Positions 34,781-44,200 of a stretch of 64,000 nucleotides of DNA are shown here, piece by piece (position 1 is the first letter of the stretch; each line of letters starts with the position of its first letter). The translations under genes were made by a program, and so were the position numbers. Source of the DNA: Candidatus Heimdallarchaeum aukensis (GTDB lineage Archaea; Asgardarchaeota; Heimdallarchaeia; Heimdallarchaeales; Heimdallarchaeaceae); contig CP084166.1 of assembly GCA_021513695.1 (NCBI GenBank), forward strand, positions 1,568,001 to 1,632,000. The letters run 5' to 3'. The notes beneath the pieces were generated by a model. It was not told where the DNA came from, made no database searches, and worked only from the letters and a program-made list of their open reading frames with translations.

Positions 34781-34803
34781 ATTTACGTAAAAAAGTAAGT
34801 CAT
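34781..34803. repeat. Right terminal inverted repeat of element A
   Basis: ATTTACGTAAAAAAGTAAGTCAT, the inverted match to 32913-32935. Confidence 0.75.
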
Positions 34804-34947
34804 TTATTATGCTTTTCTTTAAAGTTTTTACAGTAAGTGCTGAATGTTTCTATTTCATTTATCCCTGAAAGAGGACAATAGTATAAAAAAGTGTAAAAAA
34901 CAATAATTAAGAAAATATTTATAGTTTAACAAAAATAAAAAACATCA

Positions 34948-35895
34948 ATGTGCTGCAAGATAAAAGAAGTTCATGCAAAAATAAGACAATATATCAACAA
35001 AACTCCAGTGATGACTTCAACTACACTAAATAAACTAACTAAAGCGGAATGCTACTTAAAGTGTGAAAACTTCCAAAAAATGGGTGCATTTAAGATTAGG
35101 GGAGCAGTTAATGCCATACTAAATCTAACTGAAGAACAAAAAAAGAAAGGAGTAATAACGCACAGTTCAGGAAATCATGCTCAGGCCTTATCTCTTGCAG
35201 CTTCTTTTTTTAATGTTAAAGCCACAATTGTTATGCCTGAAAATGCACCAAAGGTTAAAATTGAAGCAACCAGAAATTACGGCGGAGAAGTTATTTTTTG
35301 TGGAAACAAACCCTTGGATAGAGAAAAGAAAACAGAAGAATTAATTAAGCAACACGATTATACATTAATTCATCCTTCAAATAATTGGGACATTATTCGT
35401 GGAGCGGGAACAGCAGCCTATGAATTGATACATGAGATCCAAGATCTAGATTATGTTTTTGCTCCTGTTGGAGGAGGAGGGCTATTAAGTGGAACATCTT
35501 TAGCAGTTAAAGAATTATCACCAAAAACAAAAGTGATTGGTGTTGAACCTGAAAAAGCAGATGATGCTTTTAGATCTATAAGAGACAATAAGATTTACCC
35601 CTCAATTAATCCAGACACAATAGCAGATGGCCTTAGAACTTCATTAGGAAATATTACTTTTTCTGTAATAAGAGACAATGTTGATAAAATCATTTTGGTA
35701 ACAGAAGAAGAAATAGTAAAAGCAATGGAATTTCTGTGGTCTCGTATGAAATTAGTTGTTGAACCCTCTGGTGCTGTTTCATTAGCTGGATTATTAAAAC
35801 AAAAAGAAAGTATAAAAAACAAACGAGTAGGAGCAATCATTTCAGGCGGAAATATTGATTTGACCGATTTCTTTGCAAAATTTAAGGGATTGTAA
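34948..35895 (+). CDS. PLP-dependent threonine ammonia-lyase / serine racemase family enzyme (fold type II)
   Basis: CENFQKMGAFKIRGA (PLP lysine), HSSGNHAQAL, and the Gly-rich phosphate loop PVGGGGLLSG. 315 aa with no regulatory ACT domain. Confidence 0.85.
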   Translation: MCCKIKEVHAKIRQYINKTPVMTSTTLNKLTKAECYLKCENFQKMGAFKIRGAVNAILNLTEEQKKKGVITHSSGNHAQALSLAASFFNVKATIVMPENAPKVKIEATRNYGGEVIFCGNKPLDREKKTEELIKQHDYTLIHPSNNWDIIRGAGTAAYELIHEIQDLDYVFAPVGGGGLLSGTSLAVKELSPKTKVIGVEPEKADDAFRSIRDNKIYPSINPDTIADGLRTSLGNITFSVIRDNVDKIILVTEEEIVKAMEFLWSRMKLVVEPSGAVSLAGLLKQKESIKNKRVGAIISGGNIDLTDFFAKFKGL

Positions 35896-35909
35896 AACTA
35901 TTCAAAACA

Positions 35910-37439
35910 GTGAAAGTTATGGAAGAATCTTCAAAAAAGCCAATCGCATTTATACCTACACCAAAAGAGATAGCTTCTCTAATGGTTTCTTTGATAACAA
36001 AATCTAAAACTGACAGTATATTAGATCCGGGTTGTGGAAAAGGTATTTTCATTGAATGTTTAAAGGAACAGAACTTCACTAACATAACAGGAGTAGAATT
36101 AAACAAAGAATTGTACAATTATTGTAAAAATAAATTCTCTCAAAATAATATAGTTAACCACGATTTTCTTGATTTGAGCGAAGATAACAAATTTGATGTA
36201 ATCATCGGTAACCCACCCTATACCCATTATAATTCTCTTCCTACAAGTATGAGAGAAAAAGTTTATTCAATTACAAAAACAAGAGAAACAGATATTTATT
36301 ATGCTTTTATCATAAAAGCTGTAAAATTATTGAAGGATGAAGGCGAACTTATTTTTATTGTACCATACAGTTTTTTTTATAATACATTTGCAAAAACAGT
36401 AAGAGAGATTCTTGCAGAAAATGGTTTTTTTGAGATAATAATAGATTTAGATGAAGTAAATTTATTTGAAGGAGAGTTACCAGAAACAATAATTTTTAAG
36501 TTTAAGAAGGTAAAGGAGAAAAGAGATACAGTTGTTCTAAAGATTAAAACAAGGTTAACAAAACCAGCACAAGTTGCTGAAAGAGCACTAGAGAGTTTAG
36601 AAAAAAGAAGAGAAAATGAACTTTTTTCCTATTTCATAAAAAAATTTGATTATAAAGCAGAAACATGGTCAACTTTTCCAGATATTGAAGTCAGTTTTTT
36701 TAACAGACTATCAGAATTAGCTTTTGTTGGAGTTGGAATGGTTTCAGGCTATGATAAAGTCTTTAGACTAGAAGAAAAAACAATTAAATTACTAAACGAT
36801 GAAGAACAAAAAAGAGTTTTTCCATTTGTAAAAGGGGAAAACTGTAAGGGATATTTTATTCAAGGTTGCGTATATTATTTCCTACTAGATAATAACATAA
36901 AATCAGAGGAAGAACTATGTAAAAAATACCCCAATTTTTATTCTATGATTTTGTCTTCTAAAGAAAAAATGATTAAAAGGTATTTACCAAAAAACGGCAA
37001 ATGGTTTCATTGGCAAGCTCTTAGAAATTATGAAACATACAGAAAGAGGTTAGATGCTCCCAAGATTTTTGTTCCTACATTGGATAGAAGTAAGATAAAC
37101 CGTTTCAGCCTTACCTATGAAAAATTGTTTCCTTCAGGAGATGTTATTACAATCATTCCTTACAAAGATGTTGATCCCTTCTTCCTTCTAGGTTATTTGA
37201 ATAGTGACTTCTTTAGGAGATATTATTTTTCATATGGAGGAAAAAGAGGAAACAGAGTTTCGTATACACAACGATTATTATCTAACGCTAAAATACCCAA
37301 ATTTTCTGAGAAAATAAAAAAAATAATTTCATCTGAAGCCAAAAAGATCTTTAATCAAAAGTCATTTCAAAATTGTAGGGAAAAGATAGAAAGAACCATA
37401 CTCAAATCTTTCGAGGAAAATCTTTTTGATTCAGTATAG
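35910..37439 (+). CDS. N6-adenine DNA methyltransferase (gamma-class, TaqI/Eco57I-like) with C-terminal target-recognition region
   Basis: Motif I ILDPGCGKGIF and motif IV IIGNPPYTHY (NPPY), followed by a ~300-aa C-terminal region. The likely start is the ATG at 35919. No adjacent endonuclease gene was recognised. Confidence 0.8.
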   Translation: MKVMEESSKKPIAFIPTPKEIASLMVSLITKSKTDSILDPGCGKGIFIECLKEQNFTNITGVELNKELYNYCKNKFSQNNIVNHDFLDLSEDNKFDVIIGNPPYTHYNSLPTSMREKVYSITKTRETDIYYAFIIKAVKLLKDEGELIFIVPYSFFYNTFAKTVREILAENGFFEIIIDLDEVNLFEGELPETIIFKFKKVKEKRDTVVLKIKTRLTKPAQVAERALESLEKRRENELFSYFIKKFDYKAETWSTFPDIEVSFFNRLSELAFVGVGMVSGYDKVFRLEEKTIKLLNDEEQKRVFPFVKGENCKGYFIQGCVYYFLLDNNIKSEEELCKKYPNFYSMILSSKEKMIKRYLPKNGKWFHWQALRNYETYRKRLDAPKIFVPTLDRSKINRFSLTYEKLFPSGDVITIIPYKDVDPFFLLGYLNSDFFRRYYFSYGGKRGNRVSYTQRLLSNAKIPKFSEKIKKIISSEAKKIFNQKSFQNCREKIERTILKSFEENLFDSV

Positions 37440-37472
37440 TAATTATTTTAAATAAAAACACATTGTGCCTAT

Positions 37473-38114
37473 ATGACCTCTAGAACTTCAACGAACGGTC
37501 TATTTTTAGTTATTGAAGGAATCGATGGTGTAGGTAAAACTACTCAAGCAAAGAAGCTAGTTGAGTTCCTAAAGTCCAAGAAGATAAAAGCTGAATATAC
37601 AACTGAGCCTACTCACTGGAGCATTTATGGAAAAAAGTTGAGAGAGAGTTTTTTTGCCCCAGAAAGACTATCTGTTGAAGAAGAATTTAGACTTTTTTTA
37701 GAAGATAGAAAGGAACATATTGCAAAAGAAGTACTACCACTTATAGAGCAAGAGACAATAGTTGTATGTGATAGATATTACTTTTCATCTGCTGCATATC
37801 AGGGATCTAGAGGACTAGATTGGAAATATATTCTAGAAGAAAATATGAAGGTTGTTCCACCTCCAGATATTACATTTTTAATTGACATTCCTGTAGAAAA
37901 AGCAATAGATAGAATATCTAATGGAAGAGCGGGAAAAATCAATACCTTTGAGAAAAGAGAGAATCTCATCAAAGTAAGGAAAATTTACCATAAGATTGCT
38001 CAAGAGTTCAGTGATTTAATAGTCGTAATAGATGGAACAGATAGTATAGAAGCAGTTCATGAGTTAATAATTAAGAACTTAAAACCTAAACTTTTGGAAA
38101 AAAACTTAATTTAA
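37473..38114 (+). CDS. tmk: Thymidylate kinase
   Basis: P-loop FLVIEGIDGVGKTTQ and the DRY-type motif VCDRYYFSSAAYQG. 213 aa. Confidence 0.9.
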   Translation: MTSRTSTNGLFLVIEGIDGVGKTTQAKKLVEFLKSKKIKAEYTTEPTHWSIYGKKLRESFFAPERLSVEEEFRLFLEDRKEHIAKEVLPLIEQETIVVCDRYYFSSAAYQGSRGLDWKYILEENMKVVPPPDITFLIDIPVEKAIDRISNGRAGKINTFEKRENLIKVRKIYHKIAQEFSDLIVVIDGTDSIEAVHELIIKNLKPKLLEKNLI

Positions 38115-38311
38115 ATTGTTTTAGTATCACTTTAAATTTCTTAAAAAGTTTCAAAAACAAAGCATTTTTAAATAAAAAGAAATGATGCTATTTGAGGACT
38201 AATGAGTATAGGTGAATTTGTTCCGAACTTGCAGTAGCAACATTGTTTTACTTAGGAGTAGGAACAACACCTTGAAGAGTCTTTTTTCTATGAAAAAAAA
38301 TATGAGAGGAT

Positions 38312-39757
38312 GTGAAACAGTTGTCAGTTTTTACAAAGAAAAAGGATGAGCAATTCATGGCATGGTATCTTGATGTCATTCGAAGAGCAGAAATTGTAGA
38401 CACTCGAACAGGGGTAAAAGGAGCTAACGTACTTATGAGCAACGGATATGAAATCTGGAAAAGGATGCAAAACATCTTAGATGAGAAATTCTATGGAACT
38501 AATCACAAGACCATGATATTTCCTTTATTAATTCCTGAAAAGTTCTTAATGATGGAAAAAGAACACTTTGAGGGATTTGTTCCAGAAGTAGCACTCGTTA
38601 CTCACGCTGGTGAAAAAAAATTAGAAGAAAATTACGCTTTGAGACCAACATCTGAAACTATAATGTATCACTTATATAGTCAATGGATTAGAAGTTATAC
38701 GGATCTACCTTTAAAAGTAAATCAATGGTGCAACATTATTAGAATTGACACAAAGGATACTCGACCTTTACTTCGTGACAGAGAGTTTCACTGGACAGAG
38801 GCCCATACATGTCATGAAACAGCAGAAGAAGCAGAAGAACAAGTGAAAGAATCGATGTGGATTTATTCAACATTCTTTGATGAATGCTGTTTACCTTATT
38901 TAGTACTTAAACGTCCAAAACATGACACTTTTCCTGGAGCAGAATATAGCGTAGCTTATGATTGCCCTCTTCCTGATGGAAAAAGTTTACAAATTGGGAC
39001 TACACACAATCTTGCACAAGGATTTAGCAAAGTATTTAAAATCAAGTTCCAGAAAGCAGATGGTTCACATGATTTTGCTTATCAAACATGTTACGGACTA
39101 TCCACAAGAGTCATAGCTGCCGTTATTGGAGTACATGGTGATGATCGAGGACTAATCTTACCTCCATATCTAGCACCCACACAAATAGCCATTATCCCTA
39201 TTATATTCAAAGGCAAAGAAGAAAAAGTGAAAAAAACTAGTAAAGAAATATATGAGAAAATCAAGTCGTCTGGTATAAGAGTAATATTAGATGACGGTCC
39301 TAAAACTAGTGGCTGGAAGTTTAATGAATATGAACTTCGAGGGGTACCACTAAGAATAGAAGTAGGTCCAAGAGATGTAGAAAAAGGATCAGTGATTATT
39401 GTTCGTCGTGATACAAAGGAAAAGATCGAAGTCAAAAATGAAGATATAATAGAAGAGATACAAAAATTGTTTGAAGCAATTACTACAGAATTAAAACAAA
39501 GAGCCAAAACCTTATTGGAAAAATCTGTTTCCACAATAGAAACTTTAGAAGAAATTGAAGAGAAATTCAACACAAAAAAACCTGGTTTCATCAGAACAAA
39601 CTGGTGCGGAAATAAGAAATGTGCTGAATATATAAAAGAAAACTTCCGAGCTAATATTCTAGGCACAAAGTATGGTGAAGTAGAGCAAGTTTTTGGAGAT
39701 TGCCCAGTTTGCGGTGAAAAAGCTAAACATGTTGTGTATCTTTCAAGAACCTACTAG
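38312..39757 (+). CDS. proS: Prolyl-tRNA synthetase, archaeal/eukaryotic type
   Basis: Class II aaRS core (LRPTSET, REFHWTEAHT) and an anticodon-binding domain. The C-terminal zinc-type module is WCGNKKC...CPVCGEK, ending in the conserved terminal Tyr (..SRTY). GTG start after GAGAGGAT. Confidence 0.9.
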   Translation: MKQLSVFTKKKDEQFMAWYLDVIRRAEIVDTRTGVKGANVLMSNGYEIWKRMQNILDEKFYGTNHKTMIFPLLIPEKFLMMEKEHFEGFVPEVALVTHAGEKKLEENYALRPTSETIMYHLYSQWIRSYTDLPLKVNQWCNIIRIDTKDTRPLLRDREFHWTEAHTCHETAEEAEEQVKESMWIYSTFFDECCLPYLVLKRPKHDTFPGAEYSVAYDCPLPDGKSLQIGTTHNLAQGFSKVFKIKFQKADGSHDFAYQTCYGLSTRVIAAVIGVHGDDRGLILPPYLAPTQIAIIPIIFKGKEEKVKKTSKEIYEKIKSSGIRVILDDGPKTSGWKFNEYELRGVPLRIEVGPRDVEKGSVIIVRRDTKEKIEVKNEDIIEEIQKLFEAITTELKQRAKTLLEKSVSTIETLEEIEEKFNTKKPGFIRTNWCGNKKCAEYIKENFRANILGTKYGEVEQVFGDCPVCGEKAKHVVYLSRTY

Positions 39758-39866
39758 TTTTTCACTTTCTTATTTTATTTTTTAAAATCTGTGACAAACG
39801 ATAGATTTTTTTGTTTGAAAGATAGTTTTTTAATATTAATACAGTAATTAAGAAAGGAAGAGTAAA

Positions 39867-40247
39867 ATGTCAATAAGTTTACCACCAGAAAAGAAAAAAG
39901 AATTAATTAAAATATTAAAACAAATTTCACAAGGTTGTGAATTGGAAGCTTTAGCAGTTGTAACAGATGAGGGAATTAAAGTAGCTTTTTTTGCCGAGAA
40001 AAGTGCAGACCCTGATTTACTCAGCGCTGTAAGCTCGGCTGTTCTTTCCACCGGAGAGATGGTTACAAAACAGCTTTCTCACGGTTTTTTGGAACAAGTT
40101 TTAATCCGCGGTGCTAAAGGATTTACTATCTTATCTAATTTAGATCACTATCTTTTAATTGGAGCTTCTAAGGATTTACACAGCGTTGGTTTAGCTATAC
40201 AAGTAATAAGAAGGCATAGCCCCACAATTGCAGAATTGTTAAACTAA
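39867..40247 (+). CDS. Roadblock/LC7/MglB-family protein
   Basis: 126 aa. ALAVVTDEGIKVAFF...AVLSTGEMVTKQLSHGFLEQVLIRGAKGFTILSNLDHYLLIGASKD follows the Roadblock/LC7 alpha-beta-alpha pattern. Confidence 0.8.
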   Translation: MSISLPPEKKKELIKILKQISQGCELEALAVVTDEGIKVAFFAEKSADPDLLSAVSSAVLSTGEMVTKQLSHGFLEQVLIRGAKGFTILSNLDHYLLIGASKDLHSVGLAIQVIRRHSPTIAELLN

Positions 40248-40289
40248 AAAAGAATTAAAAAAAAGAACTAACTGATTAGTAAGAGAGAG

Positions 40290-41291
40290 TTAATAAAAGA
40301 GGAAACTCTTCTCTATTTCCTCTTGGCTAAAGCCAGCATTAATTCCAACAATTATTCTAATAAGATCAGAGATTTCTGCGTATTTCATTTCAAAAAAGGC
40401 AATCAATATTTTAAGATCAGTTGAAGATTTTTGACGAAATATTTTTTTCCATTTTTTGATTTGGAAACGCTCAACAGCAAATTCTATATCATGTAGAGGA
40501 ATATCATCTTTTCCCATGTAGTCAGCGAAGATTCTTTTGTATATTCCAAAATTGTACATGCTTAGGACTTCAGGAATGGAATTTGATTCTAATGCTTTTG
40601 CAATAAATGTTGTTGGTTTAATATAACGATAGGGAGCAATCCCAAGATTAATACATCTACACACCCAAATTATGTTCTTTAAGTTAACGTAGACATCAAA
40701 CTCACGAGAAATTACAGGGAGAATATAATATTCAAATTGATCTATTGCTGCGTCAACTGGTACAAAACGTCCTGTTTTCTGAAATTCAGAATAGCCTTGT
40801 TCTAATAATTGTTTGAAAGTCTGAATTTTTTCTGACTTAATGATATCAGCAATTGATGAGGAGGAAGAAAGAACTTTTTCATAATATTCATAACTGTATC
40901 TTCCAACTGGAGAAATTCTTTCTATTATTTCTTCATGAGGTTGCTTCATAAACAGTCCACGAAGAATATATCGGATATTCTCTGCATGAAATCGTTGGGA
41001 ATGAAGATCAATTATCTTTTTTGCTCTACTTGATCCCTGTTTATAAAAAGTGCTCACAGTTTGAGCAAAATGGTTCTTTAATTGTTTTGCAACTTCTGGC
41101 ATCTCTGTAACAAAATTAATATCTTGAACAATTGGACCATATTGCGTTTGCCGAAAAGCAGCTTGTAGTTCTTTAAGATTAGAAGAGGATAGAAGAAAAT
41201 TTATCTGACTTCGACTAAGTACTTTGCCTATTATTCCATGAGCTCTTCCATATAAATATCCATCTCCTGAGAACATTTCATTCACCAGCAA
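40290..41291 (-). CDS. atpC: A/V-type ATPase subunit C (eukaryotic V0-d / AC39 family)
   Basis: 333 aa helical protein. YLYGRAHGIIGKVLSRSQINFLL at the N-terminus, AENIRYILRG in the middle, and EISDLIRIIVGINAGFSQEEI near the C-terminus fit the triple-repeat AC39 pattern. It overlaps atpI by 14 nt. Confidence 0.75.
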   Translation of the reverse strand: MLVNEMFSGDGYLYGRAHGIIGKVLSRSQINFLLSSSNLKELQAAFRQTQYGPIVQDINFVTEMPEVAKQLKNHFAQTVSTFYKQGSSRAKKIIDLHSQRFHAENIRYILRGLFMKQPHEEIIERISPVGRYSYEYYEKVLSSSSSIADIIKSEKIQTFKQLLEQGYSEFQKTGRFVPVDAAIDQFEYYILPVISREFDVYVNLKNIIWVCRCINLGIAPYRYIKPTTFIAKALESNSIPEVLSMYNFGIYKRIFADYMGKDDIPLHDIEFAVERFQIKKWKKIFRQKSSTDLKILIAFFEMKYAEISDLIRIIVGINAGFSQEEIEKSFLFY

Positions 41292-44200
41292 TAGTTGTGT
41301 ATTGAATAAATTTGGTTTTCTCTAGTAATGGAGTATATTGGACACCTTCCCCTTTGTAGAACTTGGAGAAAAATTCTACCCAATGCAACCTCAGTGTCTG
41401 TAAGAATGAGAACATTCCTTCAATAGGTACAATCACAACAAGTCCCCAAACAATGCCAACAATCCAATAAATCCAAGAGGTAGCTAAAGCAGAGACGTTA
41501 TGGGTATCAACACCAGCTAAAATATATGGAAGACCACTCAAAATTGCATGGACTAGTAACATAGCTAAGATACGGCTAAAGGATAGTGTGTTAGAGAATA
41601 GAGCAATAAGATGATCTATAGCTTCCATAATCCCCTCTGTTCCTTCATGGAGATATTCGAATAGGAAAACTAGAGGAATTGAAACTAAGGCAATAATTGT
41701 AAATATTGTAGAATAGGGTTTTGGAATACTAGGAAGTGCATTTCCACCGATAAGTCGTGAAGTAGCACCAGCACCCATTAAATTATACAATACTGCAAAA
41801 AGTCCTACGTAAAAAATGGAAAGTATAATTGGAGAAATCCATGAAGCTACACCGTGACCGTATTTTTTGTTTTGTATAAATCTTAACCAGATCCCAAGTT
41901 GTATAATTACAAAACCAATAGAAATGGAAAACAATAAGAACAATGGTACTTCTTTTGTAGGCTCAATCAAAGGCAACCATTCAATATGCAAAACGTTTTC
42001 ATAAATATCAGGTAGAAATACTTCATCACCTAGAAGTGCTCCAAATAGGAAACCAAAGATAATTGAAGAAAAACCAGAAAGAGCAAGTAACTCAGAACCT
42101 TTATACAGAAATCCAGACATTGATTCATCAGGTTCAATATTCTTTTTGTTTTTCTTATAAGTTAGAAACAATCCAATCAAGAAGAGAAGTATTCCATGTC
42201 CCACATCAGCGAACATTATACCAAATATCAAGGGAAAAGTAAATTGTATAATTTTGAAGGGGTCTACTTCATGAGTTGAAGGGATACCCATTCCATCAAC
42301 TATTCCTCGAAAAACTTTAGTAACCTTATTCCCATGTTTTGTCATTGAAGGATTCGTTAATGGTACTTTTTGTTTTTCAGACATAGTTATTGGAAAATCC
42401 AATTTTTCGGTTTCTTTCTTTAAGTCTTCAACCCTATCTTTAGGAACCCAACCCCAAATTGTTGTAGTGGTTTCATCAGTTTTACATTTTTCTTCTGTTT
42501 CCAACCTTTTAATTTCTGTTTCTATTAACTCTTCTAGTGCGAAGATTTTGTCTTCTACTTTCTCCCTAATTTCATCCAATTCATGTTCTTTATGTTCTAT
42601 TTCAGTTTGAAGATTCGTGAGCTGACTTTCAATAGATTCTGAAGATATCATGCTATAGTCAATAGATAACAGCTCAAAGGAATATTCTTCTAGAACTTGT
42701 TGTATAGACTTCTTATAATCTATTAGAGACAATATGTAGACAAAGACTGTGTCACTTTTTTCTGGTTGCTCAACCTCAATGAAAATTAATTGCCCATCAG
42801 AAACTTCATTTAGGAAAAACTTTACAGCCTTAACATTCTTTTTTGGGATATTCCCCAAAAAGGTACAAGTTTCAAAATCTGGATCATCCAAGTATGGTTT
42901 AACATCAGAGCTTAAATAGGAATAAATAGGGATATATGCTTCTAATTCTGTTTTCTTCGCTTTTAATTCTTTAAGTTCGGAACTAAGATTTTCTATTTTT
43001 TCTCCATAATCTGCAATAAATTGCTCAACAAAAGATATAGCTTCATCATAGTTATCTTTTACAGCAATCTTAGAATCAGATATTGCTGGAGGAATAGATA
43101 ATCCAAGGGCTTGTTTGTATCTGCTAATTTTGGAAGATAGTAAAGTAAAATTCTGTCTTTTTTGTTTTATGTCGTTTAAAATATCTTCTGACTGTCTTCC
43201 TATCTTTTCTTGATGAAGGATACCAGTGTTATGAATAAAGGAGATTAACTTACGTGTGTGCTCCTTTGGGACTTCCATTTTAACAAACTCTACATCCTTC
43301 GGAAATAAAGCTCCTCCCTTACTGTCACCTAAATGATGATAAGGAGGAATTTCTTTTTCAATTGTTTTTTCTTCTTTCAAAGTCAAAGAACCACGATCCT
43401 TGGAAATTTTTTTAGATTTTTTATATTTCAGAGGAACATCCCTCAATTGAGTGAGTTTAACAGGAAAAGGAAGCTCTTTGAGTTCCTTTTCGAGATTAAG
43501 ATAATCATTAGGTTTAATCCAACCCCAAAGGGTGAAATTAGTTTGAGTTGTTCGACCCTGTTCTAGAATATCAAATAACTCAAGCATGAGATTAATAAAA
43601 GTGAGAAAATGCAAAAGAGTTTCACGATGTTCATCACGCAATTCTGAAATTTGAGATAAAATTTCATCGTGCTTTTCGTGCAGAAAATCATGTACATTAG
43701 CTACTGTAAGCTTGCTAGTTTCTTCATCACTGAACATATCGGCAAAAACAGACAGTTCAAAATCTATTGAAGAAAAATAGAAATTTTCTAGAATAGTCAA
43801 AACTTCATCTTGATATTCCTGGGGGGTGAGAATAAAAACCAAACGAAAATCAGGGTTAGATGATTCAATACTCCAGAAGTAATAAAGACCTTTAGTTATC
43901 TCATCAATATAAAAGGAGATAACTTTCTTATACGAATGATGGATTTCTCCAACGATAGAAAAGGTGGAAGGCCCAGAAGAAAGTAAATCTAAAGGGATAT
44001 CACCAGTCTCAAACTTATGCCGAAAATAATGAAGTTTGTCGGCAATTAGATGCTTCTTTGTTAAAGAATGATTTTCTTCAAAAAGAGAGATAAGAGAAGT
44101 TTCATGTGTATCTAAGAAAGATTTTAGTTCGGAAAGAAATCTAGAAGCATCAAAAACATCAGAGTAGTTTTTTTCTGAATATGAATAAACATCAGAAAGA

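Larger units (their letters stand above)
32913..34803 (-). mobile_element. TnpB-only insertion element (copy A, apparently intact), bounded by 23-bp imperfect terminal inverted repeats
   Basis: The left end is ATGATTTACTTTTTTCCGTAAGT (32913-32935). The reverse complement of the right end (34781-34803) is ATGACTTACTTTTTTACGTAAAT, identical at 20 of 23 positions with no gaps. Sequence common to copy B starts and stops exactly at these ends. No tnpA is present. Confidence 0.85.

Noticed and set aside
32905-34811. A search for target-site duplications or a shared target/TAM motif flanking the TnpB elements.
   Set aside because: The flanks differ between copies (A: ..TTTGGAC | element | TTATTATG..; B: ..GTGTTTTT | element | GGCTACAA..). 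They share no direct repeat or common motif beyond the palindromic terminal AT, which cannot be told apart from TIR sequence with only two or three copies.
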